Assembly (NCBI GenBank): GCA_016702745.1
Contig: JADJDJ010000001.1
Coordinates: 547,463-611,462 of the forward strand
Direction of reading: 5' to 3'
DNA length: 64,000 nucleotides
From: Chitinophagaceae bacterium
GTDB lineage: Bacteria; Bacteroidota; Bacteroidia; Chitinophagales; Chitinophagaceae
Part shown: one piece after another, positions 38,163-47,535 of the stretch
How positions within the stretch are numbered: the stretch's first letter is position 1
Layout: every line of letters starts with the position of its first letter
Notes under the pieces: model-generated
Told to the model about the DNA's origin: nothing
What the model saw: the letters and a program-made list of their open reading frames with translations, nothing else
The model's database searches: none
Made by a program: the position numbers and the translations under genes

Positions 38163-39128
38163 ATGTCATTATTTACGATTGCCGTGCATGGGGGAGCAGG
38201 GACTATCCGAAAGGAGGATATGAGTCCCGAAATGGAAATAGCCTATAAACAGGGTTTACAGCATGCACTGGAAGTCGGTTATGCCGTTCTTTCTGCCAAA
38301 GGATCTGCTGTTGATGCAGTGCAGGCAGCCGTTGTTTCCCTGGAAGATAATATCCTGTTCAATGCAGGCAGGGGATCAGTATTTGGCAAAGATGGCAAAC
38401 ATGAAATGGATGCCGCCATTATGGATGGAAGCAACCTGGCAGCCGGTGCTGTGGCAGCCGTAACCTCCGTTCGCAACCCGGTAAAACTGGCAAGGGCCAT
38501 CATGGCCGAGAGCCCGCATGTGATGTTATCCGGCGCAGGGGCACTTGAATTTGCAAAGCTGAAAGGGTTGGTTTTAGAAGATGAAAGCTATTTCTACTCT
38601 CCATTCCGCTTCCGGCAATGGCAGCAAATAAAGGGTACTGATGAAACAGCACTCGATCATGATGTAAAGCTTACGGATCATGCTGCGGGCAAAGCAGCTG
38701 CAGAAAAAAAGTTTGGAACCGTTGGCGCAGTGGCCACCGATATGAATGGTAATATCGCCGCCGCAACCAGTACAGGGGGCATGACTAATAAACAATGGGG
38801 CCGTATCGGAGATAGTCCCATCATAGGGGCCGGCACCTATGCCAATAACCAAACCTGTGCCATCAGTTGTACCGGACATGGCGAGCCTTTTATCCGTGCC
38901 GTGACGGCATATGATGTCAGTTGCCTGATGGAATACAAGGGACTCACGCTGGAGCAGGCGATGCAGTTGGTGGTGCATGATAAACTTTTAAAAATTGACG
39001 GAGAAGGAGGGATGATCGGAGTGGATGCCCAAGGCAATGCATCAATGGTATTCAATAGTGAAGGGATGTACCGGGGAGTGAAAAATAGCAAGGGTTTGAA
39101 TAATGTTTTAATCTATCGGGAAGCATGA
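38163..39128 (+). CDS. iaaA: Isoaspartyl peptidase / L-asparaginase (Ntn hydrolase)
   Basis: HGGAG N-terminus, autocleavage/nucleophile site GTVGAVATD, GDSPIIGAG. Confidence 0.9.
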   Translation: MSLFTIAVHGGAGTIRKEDMSPEMEIAYKQGLQHALEVGYAVLSAKGSAVDAVQAAVVSLEDNILFNAGRGSVFGKDGKHEMDAAIMDGSNLAAGAVAAVTSVRNPVKLARAIMAESPHVMLSGAGALEFAKLKGLVLEDESYFYSPFRFRQWQQIKGTDETALDHDVKLTDHAAGKAAAEKKFGTVGAVATDMNGNIAAATSTGGMTNKQWGRIGDSPIIGAGTYANNQTCAISCTGHGEPFIRAVTAYDVSCLMEYKGLTLEQAMQLVVHDKLLKIDGEGGMIGVDAQGNASMVFNSEGMYRGVKNSKGLNNVLIYREA

Positions 39129-39799
39129 AGAAATATGCAGTGATTGTAGCCGGAGGGGCTGGATTGAGAATGGGAGGCTCCCTTCCCAAACAGTTTCTTT
39201 TATTGAAAGACAAACCGGTTCTGTATTATACCATTAAAACTTTCCTCGAAGCTTATTCAGATCTTCAGGTGATCTTGGTATTGCCGGTTGATTATACCGA
39301 TATGGGACAGGAAATCATTGATGCCTGGTTTGATAAGGATAGAATCAGAATCACCGCCGGCGGAGAAACAAGATTTCATTCGGTGCAGAACGGACTTTCA
39401 CAGATTGAGGAAGAGTCCATCATTTTTGTCCACGACGGAGTCCGCTGTCTGCTCAGCACCGACCTGATCCATCGTTGTTACCAGCAGGCTGTTGAAACAG
39501 GCACAGCCATTCCAGCTATTCCTTCTAAAGATAGTATTCGCCTGCTGACCGATGAAGGCAATGAAGCTTTCGACCGGAACAAAGTCATGCTGATACAAAC
39601 CCCGCAAACCTTTCACAGCAAAATACTGATCCCCGCTTTCCAGATTGATTACAAAGACAAATTCACAGATGAAGCTACTGTTGTGGAAGCTTTCGGTATG
39701 AAGGTTTCGCTGGTAGAAGGAGAGGAAAGGAATATTAAAATCACGAGGCCCGTAGATATTGTTATCGCAGAACAATTGCTGAATGAAACTGCCTCGTAA
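39125..39799 (+). CDS. ispD: 2-C-methyl-D-erythritol 4-phosphate cytidylyltransferase
   Basis: VIVAGGAGLRMGGSLPKQFL P-loop-like motif, 224 aa, ATGA overlap with iaaA. Confidence 0.9.
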   Translation: MKKYAVIVAGGAGLRMGGSLPKQFLLLKDKPVLYYTIKTFLEAYSDLQVILVLPVDYTDMGQEIIDAWFDKDRIRITAGGETRFHSVQNGLSQIEEESIIFVHDGVRCLLSTDLIHRCYQQAVETGTAIPAIPSKDSIRLLTDEGNEAFDRNKVMLIQTPQTFHSKILIPAFQIDYKDKFTDEATVVEAFGMKVSLVEGEERNIKITRPVDIVIAEQLLNETAS

Positions 39800-39817
39800 C
39801 AATCCGGATTCTTCAAT

Positions 39818-40726
39818 CTATTTCTTCAGCCATTTCAGGAAAAAAGGCAGCCGGTTGATCTTTAGTGCCGGATATGGCTCTTCAACGGCGCCAAAGGCCC
39901 GGTAATAAGCGGCCAGTCCGGGAATATCTGACCCTTCAAAATCCAATATTTGACCGGTTCCTGCCTGCTCGCGAATCAACGTATCAATTAAAGCATGGGA
40001 AGCGCCCATTTCCCTTCCTGATGGATGATTGCCCACCAGTATATAATAAAGTCGTTGGTGTGATAAGAAGAATACAGCAGAAGCTCCCAATTGCTCACCT
40101 TGAAAAATACCATAGGTCCGGGCCATATTTTTTTCCTGTAAAACGGTAAACAGATTCCGGAACCGGTTAATATTATCTGCCGACTCATGTCCGTGTTCCC
40201 GCATTTGTGCTGCAGCCAGCCGGATCACTAACTCCACATCAATATTGGTTTTAAGCGTCAAACCAGCCTGTTCAGATTTTTTGATATTTCTTTTCAGATT
40301 CTCATTGTACTGATCGGCGATTGTGTCATAAGGCCTGTTCAACGGAAGGATATAATTACTTCTCCGGCTAACTGCAGTTGACAGGGGATGATTGCCGGCA
40401 TTCAGCAATATATCAATATAGCGGAAAGAAGGGGGGATGGATTTTATAAAATCATCGGTAAGTGCAGGTGTTACTGATTGGCCATATATGCCGAGTTGAG
40501 CTGTGATAAAGGGCTGATATAAGTATTTAATACCCCAGCGGCTGTTCCAGGTCAGGGGCATCACCGCCTCATAGTCATTTATTACCAGTGCATCCCAGTG
40601 AACGGCCATCTGATCCAGATAAAAGGAATAACCATAGATCAGTCCATTAGTTGCTTTCTCAATACATTGATCCCATTTGTATGTGTCAATGTCCTGCTGC
40701 GGGATATATCGGATATCCTTTGCCAT
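39818..40726 (-). CDS. GNAT/FemAB-like acyltransferase-fold protein (putative)
   Basis: 302 aa with a pattern typical of Bacteroidota GNAT-family hypothetical proteins. The start overlaps the stop of the upstream M1 peptidase gene by 1 nt (TGATG). Confidence 0.5.
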   Translation of the reverse strand: MAKDIRYIPQQDIDTYKWDQCIEKATNGLIYGYSFYLDQMAVHWDALVINDYEAVMPLTWNSRWGIKYLYQPFITAQLGIYGQSVTPALTDDFIKSIPPSFRYIDILLNAGNHPLSTAVSRRSNYILPLNRPYDTIADQYNENLKRNIKKSEQAGLTLKTNIDVELVIRLAAAQMREHGHESADNINRFRNLFTVLQEKNMARTYGIFQGEQLGASAVFFLSHQRLYYILVGNHPSGREMGASHALIDTLIREQAGTGQILDFEGSDIPGLAAYYRAFGAVEEPYPALKINRLPFFLKWLKK

Positions 40727-43578
40727 CAGAAATTCAGGTTGCGGTCAATCTTGCGAAAACTGAAATTGGACATATCAATAGAGAAAGAAATCTTTTTCCA
40801 GAATCTTTGTTTCTTCTCAATGGTGGACTGGATATATTCTTTGTACACATTGCTGTAAAGGAGCGGGATGTAGATATTAATGGTTTCCCGGAACAAAGGA
40901 ATCTGTAGTCCTGCATCAAAAAGGAAACGGTCAGATTCGGCATTGGGCTTCCAGGCTTCGGACTGTGTGCCCAGATCAAAGAAAACTTTCAGGGGAATCT
41001 TTACCGGTAAAACGGAGAGTGGATTCACTTCATCAGGGATCGTTGTGCTGAAATTTGCCGCAATCAGCCAGTCATCTGTTTTTCCCACTTTATCAGCCAG
41101 TAAATCTGTTCTTACTTTAAAAGCTCCATCCCTCACCATGATCTGCTGACTGGCAAAGCCTTCAAATTTATTCCGGCCTATGAAATACTCATTATAAGTG
41201 TAATCCTCATACCCGTTGGCTCCGGTCATGTTCAAATGATAACGATCGGTGGCAAATTGTTTGGTAAAAGTTTTAGCACCATTATAAAAAAACTTACCGG
41301 CAAATAAGCGGACATCCAATCCTCCTTTTTTGGGATAGTTGAAAAAGTAGTTACCTGTAAAAGCAGTTCTCACAAAGTCCTTTCCCTGCTCAATTTTCAA
41401 TTCTCCCTTATAGGGATAGAGTACCCGGTTATTCTCAATCACGATCCTCAGCTGGTTCAGGGTCCGGTTATTATCCGTGATCCGGTATTTGGTGCTGATG
41501 GTAGTATCAATTCCACTGATCGTGGTGTCCCGGTAAAAACCAAGTCCATCTTCATTAATCAGGAATGATTTGAATTGGATGAAACGATTCAGGCTGCTGC
41601 GTGGATTTTTTTCTTTTAATGTAAGTTTAATACCCGGTACTATTTTCCGGAAACCGAGATACACTTTTTTATTGTCGCTATCAGTATAGGTATCAGCCGT
41701 AAATGTGGAAGCATTAACTCCGAATTCTATTTTACGAAACAGCTGATTGGGATACAAACTATAATAAAGGAATCCCAGTCCGGTTAGTTTTTTACTGCTG
41801 GTGGCATACATGGGGGCCATCAGGAATTGTAAGCGGGGTGGGGGGAATTTCATATTGGTGACAAAGACACCGGCCATGAATTTATCATAACTGTTCGCCC
41901 CTAATGCAGGCCCGAATAAAATCAGGTCCTTGGTCGGTTTTTTACTCCATTGCTCCAGTGATTTGATATCGCCGATAAAGGCAGTTTTCAGTCCTTTGCT
42001 TTGTTGCTGGGGGAGTAGTCCTTTCTGATTTAATAATTCAAATTCCTTATCCAGATTTTTTTCACTCACTTCTTCCAGTACAATTTTAAAATCCTCCGGC
42101 TCGGGATGTTTGAACTGCCAGCGCTGAAAATATTTTTGCATCGCAAGCTGAAAAGCAGAAGCACCCAGTACCGATTCCAGGTACTGCATCCAGGCTGCTG
42201 TTTTGTAATAGGCGATCATGGCATAGTTGAGCAGGCTCAGACTATCGGAACTGGTTCGGATCGGCTGATCCAGTTTTTCAACAACCTGTGTTTCAAAAAG
42301 CAATTGTTCCAATTTAGGGGAAGCACCATAGTAGCGTTCGCTGTATTTGTTCTCATAAAAACTGTTCAGCCCTTCATCCATCCAGGGATGCTTTCTTTCA
42401 TTGCTGGCAAGGATGCCATAAAACCAGTTATGTCCGATTTCATGGGCAATAACCTTATCCAATGATTTCTGATTATCTACCGGACTGATCACCGTAATAG
42501 TGGGATATTCCATGCCTCCGCCAAAACTTTCAGGTCCCTGTACCACCTGTACTACCGGATAAGGATATTCTCCTACCAGGGACGAATAATGGTGGATGGC
42601 CTGTTTGGCATAGGTAGTGCTTTTGCTCCAGTTCTTTTTCTGATCAGGGGTGTAATAGGTAATAACATCAACTGTTTTTCCTGAGGCCAGGATACAGCTG
42701 TCCATATTCACTATAAAACGTTTATCGGCAAACCAGGCAAAATCATGGATATTGCCTTGTTTATATTGCAGGGTCTTGGTCGCCGGCTCAGAATCTGGGA
42801 AGGACTGATAACTGGTTTTATATTGACCGGCTGCATTTTTTGTTCTTTGTTTCACTGGTTCCCAGCTAAACTGAGTTCTTGTTCGCAGCCATGCTTTTTC
42901 ATTGTCATCCTGCAAGGCTCCGGTAGCGGCTACCACATAGTTTTTGGGTAAAGTGATACGGACATCAAAGCTGCCGAATTCGCTGTAAAATTCTCCCTGG
43001 TCCAGGTAAGGCATCGGATGCCAGCCATTCTTATTATATACCGCCGGCTTGGGATACCATTGGGTAGCCTGGTAGCTTTGTCCTTCATGTCCGCCCCTTG
43101 AAAAATTAAATGGCAGCTGTACATGAAAAGGCGTGCTGAGTGTGATTTTTTGTCCGGGTGGAAGCGGGGTTGGAAGATTGACTTTTACAATATCAATATA
43201 CTGCGGATGATCTTCCATGGGGGCCGTGCTCCCGTTCACTTTAAAATCAAGTTGATTGATATATCCTTTTTCTTCTTTGGAGGAAAAATAAAAACGGGTG
43301 CTGCCATTTTCCAGTTGCTGATCAGTAAAAGCTGTTTTATCGTTCTTGTAAGCATTGGGCCAGCAATGGAACCAGATAAACTTTAATGTGTCGGGGGAGT
43401 TATTGATGTAGTCAATCTTTGCAAAACCATTCAGCGAATGTTCTTTATCGTTCAGGCTTACATCAATCCGGTAATTGACTTCTTGCTGCCAGTATGGCCG
43501 TTGGCTATTGACAATCGTCAACAAACAATAAGTAGTCAGGAAAAGAAGGAATTTCTTCAATGGGATATAGTTTCTCAA
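40726..43578 (-). CDS. M1-family (aminopeptidase N-like) zinc metallopeptidase
   Basis: Gluzincin motif VIAHEIGHNWFYGILASNERKHPWMDEGLNSFYE (HExxH-18-E) and an N-terminal signal-like segment. The apparent start is TTG at 43578. Confidence 0.88.
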   Translation of the reverse strand: MRNYIPLKKFLLFLTTYCLLTIVNSQRPYWQQEVNYRIDVSLNDKEHSLNGFAKIDYINNSPDTLKFIWFHCWPNAYKNDKTAFTDQQLENGSTRFYFSSKEEKGYINQLDFKVNGSTAPMEDHPQYIDIVKVNLPTPLPPGQKITLSTPFHVQLPFNFSRGGHEGQSYQATQWYPKPAVYNKNGWHPMPYLDQGEFYSEFGSFDVRITLPKNYVVAATGALQDDNEKAWLRTRTQFSWEPVKQRTKNAAGQYKTSYQSFPDSEPATKTLQYKQGNIHDFAWFADKRFIVNMDSCILASGKTVDVITYYTPDQKKNWSKSTTYAKQAIHHYSSLVGEYPYPVVQVVQGPESFGGGMEYPTITVISPVDNQKSLDKVIAHEIGHNWFYGILASNERKHPWMDEGLNSFYENKYSERYYGASPKLEQLLFETQVVEKLDQPIRTSSDSLSLLNYAMIAYYKTAAWMQYLESVLGASAFQLAMQKYFQRWQFKHPEPEDFKIVLEEVSEKNLDKEFELLNQKGLLPQQQSKGLKTAFIGDIKSLEQWSKKPTKDLILFGPALGANSYDKFMAGVFVTNMKFPPPRLQFLMAPMYATSSKKLTGLGFLYYSLYPNQLFRKIEFGVNASTFTADTYTDSDNKKVYLGFRKIVPGIKLTLKEKNPRSSLNRFIQFKSFLINEDGLGFYRDTTISGIDTTISTKYRITDNNRTLNQLRIVIENNRVLYPYKGELKIEQGKDFVRTAFTGNYFFNYPKKGGLDVRLFAGKFFYNGAKTFTKQFATDRYHLNMTGANGYEDYTYNEYFIGRNKFEGFASQQIMVRDGAFKVRTDLLADKVGKTDDWLIAANFSTTIPDEVNPLSVLPVKIPLKVFFDLGTQSEAWKPNAESDRFLFDAGLQIPLFRETINIYIPLLYSNVYKEYIQSTIEKKQRFWKKISFSIDMSNFSFRKIDRNLNF

Positions 43579-43647
43579 AAATATAAAAACAATTCGTCAA
43601 TTCTTGACATTCTATAAGCAATCTTATTTGTCATTCTGCTCCCAAAT

Positions 43648-43668
43648 AGCCACTCTCCACTTGCCGTC
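43648..43668. repeat. CCACT heptamers (AGCCACT CTCCACT TGCCGTC) left of the IS insertion
   Basis: CACT recurs at a 7-nt interval, continuing the family seen at 44983-45066 on the other side of the IS. Confidence 0.5.
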
Positions 43669-43725
43669 TTTTCAACTTTCATGTCACGTCCTAATAAAAG
43701 TTGTCACTATTTGCTACGTTTTTAC

Positions 43726-44585
43726 TCATGCTGCCGTATGAACTTTAGCCGGTATTTGAAGTCCCAGTGACCAGTGAGGTCTTTGTTCATTATATGCGTT
43801 GATCCCCTCTTTTACAGCCTGTCTGGCTTCTTTCTCATCTCTATATGTATCCTCCAGTCCGTATTCACCTTTCAATATTCCATTCACCCTTTCAGCCATT
43901 GCATTCTCATAACAATTACCCGCCTCCGACATACTAATCTTTATCCCTCTGGCTTTTAAGATATTTACGTACTCATGGGAACAATATTGAAAACCTCTGT
44001 CTGAGTGAGGGATCAATCCATTGGATGACGGGCATTGTTTTAATGCCCTTTTTAAGGCTTGTATCGCTCCTGCCAGGCCTAGGCTATTACTCAACTCCCA
44101 GCCTACTATCTTGCGACTATATGCGTCAGTTATCAAAAACAGATATACAAACCCTTTTCTTACACGTACATAGGTAATGTCACACACCCATGCCTGGTGT
44201 GGCCGACTTGCTTTAAAATCCAGCATCCTGTTTTGGTAGACACGGTACCAATGTTGAGATTGAGTCGTAATCGCGTACTTACGCCGACGATGCACCAATA
44301 ACCCCCTGCTCCGTAGCAAATCAAAGAACTTATCCCGCCCCATAGAGGCGTCTATCCCATGTATATCTGTTTCCAGTATGTGGTACAGCTTTTTCCCACC
44401 CATCTTCTTATTACTCCTTCTGATCTGCTGCACTAGCTCTATTATCAACTCATGCTGAATTGATTCTCTCACTTCGTTTCAACCCCTTATAATAGGCCTG
44501 CCGGGTTACACCAAAATATTTACATAAACCCCTAATACTTAACTCTTCTCTGAGCCGGCCGATGCTGACTCTCCAAAACTTTTTT
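43726..44585 (-). pseudogene. IS3-family transposase OrfB (DDE/rve), apparently frame-disrupted
   Basis: The DDE core (WVCDITYV...LITDAYSRKIVGW...HSDRGFQYCS...CYENAMAE) is in the same frame as orfA. The expected OrfB N-terminus LCKYFGVTRQAYYKGLKRSE is in the -1 frame and ends at a TGA near 44455, so a further 1-nt shift is needed near 44460-44470. Confidence 0.7.
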
Positions 44586-44922
44586 TTAAATCTGTTTTAT
44601 ACTCCTTATTCGCCTCGTCTATCACCACTTCAAGGCTTCGTTGCGCTAGCATCGAATCGGCCAAAGCCAGTTTCAGCTTTTTAACCTCAGCTTCCAAATG
44701 CTTGATTCGGTCCTTTTCTTCCATCGTTTCTATTCTAATTATCTGCTTTATCAAATGGGATTTACCAAATTTACGAAGCCACTTTTGTATCGTTGAACTT
44801 CCCTTTATCCCATATTTTCTTCTTACAAAATCTAACCCAAGCCCATTTTGTTCAATCTCCCTAACTACCTGATGCTTAAAGCTAAGACTGTACCGAATTG
44901 TTTGATTAATGATTCCTGTCAT
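44539..44922 (-). CDS. IS3-family transposase OrfA (HTH plus leucine zipper)
   Basis: 127 aa: FKHQVVREIEQNG...STIQKWLRKF HTH and a coiled coil (KHLEAEVKKLKLALADS). An A8 run, A-AAA-AAA-AG, in codons K-K-S at about 44580-44590 is the usual IS3 -1 slippery site. Confidence 0.85.
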   Translation of the reverse strand: MTGIINQTIRYSLSFKHQVVREIEQNGLGLDFVRRKYGIKGSSTIQKWLRKFGKSHLIKQIIRIETMEEKDRIKHLEAEVKKLKLALADSMLAQRSLEVVIDEANKEYKTDLKKSFGESASAGSEKS

Positions 44923-44982
44923 ATTTAAACTGATTTTAGGTTGATTTAATATGACAACCTATATCAGGACATGACATCAATT

Positions 44983-45066
44983 CCCCACTCCCCACTAGCC
45001 GAACCCCACTAACCACTTGCCACTTGCTACTCGCCACTTGCCTTTCCCCACTAGTCGAACCCCACT
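44983..45066. repeat. Twelve in-phase heptamers of the NNNCACT/CCACT family (AGTGG on the minus strand)
   Basis: CACT (or TACT) ends at 44989, 44996, 45010, 45017, 45024, 45031, 45038, 45052 and 45066, all congruent modulo 7. The tract lies directly 3' of the minus-strand sugar transferase stop (45075). Confidence 0.85.
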
Positions 45067-45074
45067 CGCCCTCC

Positions 45075-46492
45075 CTACTTTCCTTTCCCCTTAAAAATAA
45101 TCCTCAACGTATGAATCATGATTCTGAAATCAAGTGCCAGTGAAATATTTTCTATATACACCAGGTCATACTTGCTTCTTTCGATCATTTCTTCCACATT
45201 TTCGGCGTAGCCAAACTGTACCATTCCCCAGCTGCTGAGACCTGGTTTTACCTTGAGCAGGTATTTGTAAAAAGGATGACGGGGAATAATCTGGTCAATA
45301 TAATAGCGGCGTTCTGGCCTTGGACCAACCAGACTCATTTGTCCGATCAGGATATTCCAGAGTTGGGGTAACTCATCCAGCCGCCATTTGCGCATCAGCC
45401 GGCCCCATTTGGTAATACGGGGGTCCTGGTCTGATGATAAGGATGGGCCTTCCTTTTCTGCTCCATCCACCATCGAACGGAATTTAAACATGGTAAAGGG
45501 CTTGCCTTTATAACCAATTCTTTCCTGTGCAAAAATGATGGGTCCGGGAGAAGATAGTTTGACGCGGATTGCTGCATAGAGCATGAGGGGAGATAGCATG
45601 ATCAATCCAAGTAAGGAGAGGCCAACATCCAGCAGTCTTTTAATGTTTTGCTGCCACTGGGGCATGAGTCCGGTTTGCAGATCAATAAGTGCGGCGCCCA
45701 TTACATTGCTGGTCTTTACCGAACCGGAAAGAATATCCAGGGTATCGGGCAGGATCTTCACTTCCACATCTTTTTCACTCAGCCGGTTGATCAGGGATTC
45801 CAGTAATTCTTTTTTTGACTTATCGATGGCCAGTACTACCAGTCTGATCTGGTCGCGGTCAATGATGACTTCCAATTCTTCGAGGTTGCCGGACTTTGGT
45901 AGTAATTTGGATAGTCCGTTTTTGTTATCCGGCTCAGTGGGGATAAAACCGGTATAATGATAGCCACCATCGAGCAGGCTTTTGCCAGTTTCGCGAAAGA
46001 TGCGGGTAGCGGTATCACAATTTCAAGGAGCAGGGTATTGAACTGTACTTTCCCGCTGAGCAATTGTTTTTTCACCCGGCTCAGGATCAGCCAGCGGCCA
46101 AAAAAAGTCAGTCCGAAATGGAGGGTGAATAAAACCAGGAAGGCGGAGTAATAATAGCGATAATCATTTTCGGCATCATCCAGCAGGAAGGCAAAGAACA
46201 AGATGATGCATCCCAGTAAACTGCAGATAAATGTACTGGTGAACTCGTCCAGTCTTGATTTACTGTACAGAGAATGATAAGCACCCAATATCGTATACAA
46301 GATCAGCCATCCCAGTGGTATAAAAACAATACCCAGCCAGAACTTATTATCTGTTTGTAAAACACCGGTATCAGTCACCGGTTGTCCTAATATGGCTCTG
46401 CGAATAAAAAAGAAAAGAGCCCAGGCCAGGGAGGCCATCATAAAATCAATGATGGTATACCAGGCAATGGATATTTTCTTTCGGGAACTCAT
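45075..46492 (-). pseudogene. Polyprenyl-phosphate sugar phosphotransferase (WbaP/EpsE-type bacterial sugar transferase), 1-nt frameshift at about 46022-46027
   Basis: The N-terminal TM part is in one frame down to LLSGKVQFNTLLL. The remainder ([26 protein letters not shown]...[17 protein letters not shown]...[26 protein letters not shown]...LVGPRPE) is in another frame that opens right after a TGA at 46023-46025. A single missing base restores about 472 aa (minus strand CTTGAAATT versus expected CTTGGAAATT). Confidence 0.85.
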
Positions 46493-47466
46493 GAACGGCT
46501 GATGATATTATTCCCGATTTTTTCAAGAATCTGGTGGGCCACATCCATGGCCATCAGTCCGTCTACTTCTGTAACCGTGGTACGGGTGTTTTGCTGAATG
46601 GCGTTTTTGAAAGCGGTCAGTTCCTCTTTGATGGCATTTACTTCCGGGATCAATGGATTGGCCATGGCAATTGTTTTTTTGCCGCTGGGGGTTTCAATAT
46701 CGAAGGCAAATACATTGGAGTCCTGAGGCTCTTTAAGTTTGATGACCTCTGTTTTTTTATTGAGGAAATCAATACCGATATAGGAGTCTTTCTGAAAGAG
46801 ACGGATTTTGCGCATTTTCTTCATCGATATCCGGCTGCTGGTAAGATTGGCTACACAACCATTATTGAATTCAATCCGCACATTGGCAATATCAGGAGTT
46901 TCTGTCATCACGGCCACACCGCTGGCAGAAATACTTTTTACATCACTTTTTACAATACTGAGGATGATATCAATATCATGGATCATCAGGTCCAGGATCA
47001 CACTTACTTCGGTTCCTCTGGGATTGAATTGTGCCAGTCGATGCACTTCAATAAACATGGGGTTTAAGGGCATGCCCTTGATGGCGAGAAAGGCGGGGTT
47101 AAAACGTTCCACATGTCCCACCTGACATTTAATACCGGATTCTGCTGTGAGCTTTACCAGTTGCCGGGCTTCATCCATGGTATTGGCCAGGGGTTTTTCT
47201 ACAAAAACATGTTTCCCTTTTTTGATGGCTTTTTCGCAGAGTTCGAAATGATAATTGGTGGGGGCTACCACATCAATGGCATCACAGGCATCGATCAGGC
47301 TATCGGCATCAAGGAAGCGGGGGAGTTGGTATTTATCGGCCACTTCAAGAGCCGTATCATCGTTGGGGTCATAAAAACCTACGATCTCGGTTCCGGGGAT
47401 TTCCTTCCAGTTATTCAGGTGGAATTTGCCCAGATGACCAACGCCAAATACGCCTACTTTGAACAT
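46489..47466 (-). CDS. Gfo/Idh/MocA-family NAD(P)-dependent oxidoreductase
   Basis: Rossmann N-terminus MFKVGVFGVGHLGKFH, EKPL motif (HVFVEKPLA), 325 aa, 4-nt overlap with the downstream transferase start. Confidence 0.88.
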   Translation of the reverse strand: MFKVGVFGVGHLGKFHLNNWKEIPGTEIVGFYDPNDDTALEVADKYQLPRFLDADSLIDACDAIDVVAPTNYHFELCEKAIKKGKHVFVEKPLANTMDEARQLVKLTAESGIKCQVGHVERFNPAFLAIKGMPLNPMFIEVHRLAQFNPRGTEVSVILDLMIHDIDIILSIVKSDVKSISASGVAVMTETPDIANVRIEFNNGCVANLTSSRISMKKMRKIRLFQKDSYIGIDFLNKKTEVIKLKEPQDSNVFAFDIETPSGKKTIAMANPLIPEVNAIKEELTAFKNAIQQNTRTTVTEVDGLMAMDVAHQILEKIGNNIISRS

Positions 47467-47535
47467 AACAATGAATTAATCAGCAAAGATAAACATTCAA
47501 TGTTCTGGCAAAGAAGGAATTATAAACAGATGTGC

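Larger units (their letters stand above)
43682..44976 (-). mobile_element. IS3-family insertion sequence (1295 bp) with about 25-bp imperfect IRs and a 3-bp TCA target duplication
   Basis: Ends are TGTCACGTCCTAATAAAAGTTGTCA (43682) and the reverse complement of 44976, TGTCATGTCCTGATATAGGTTGTCA (20/25 identical, TG...CA termini). Flanking TCA at 43679-43681 and 44977-44979. orfA and orfB lie inside. Confidence 0.88.
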
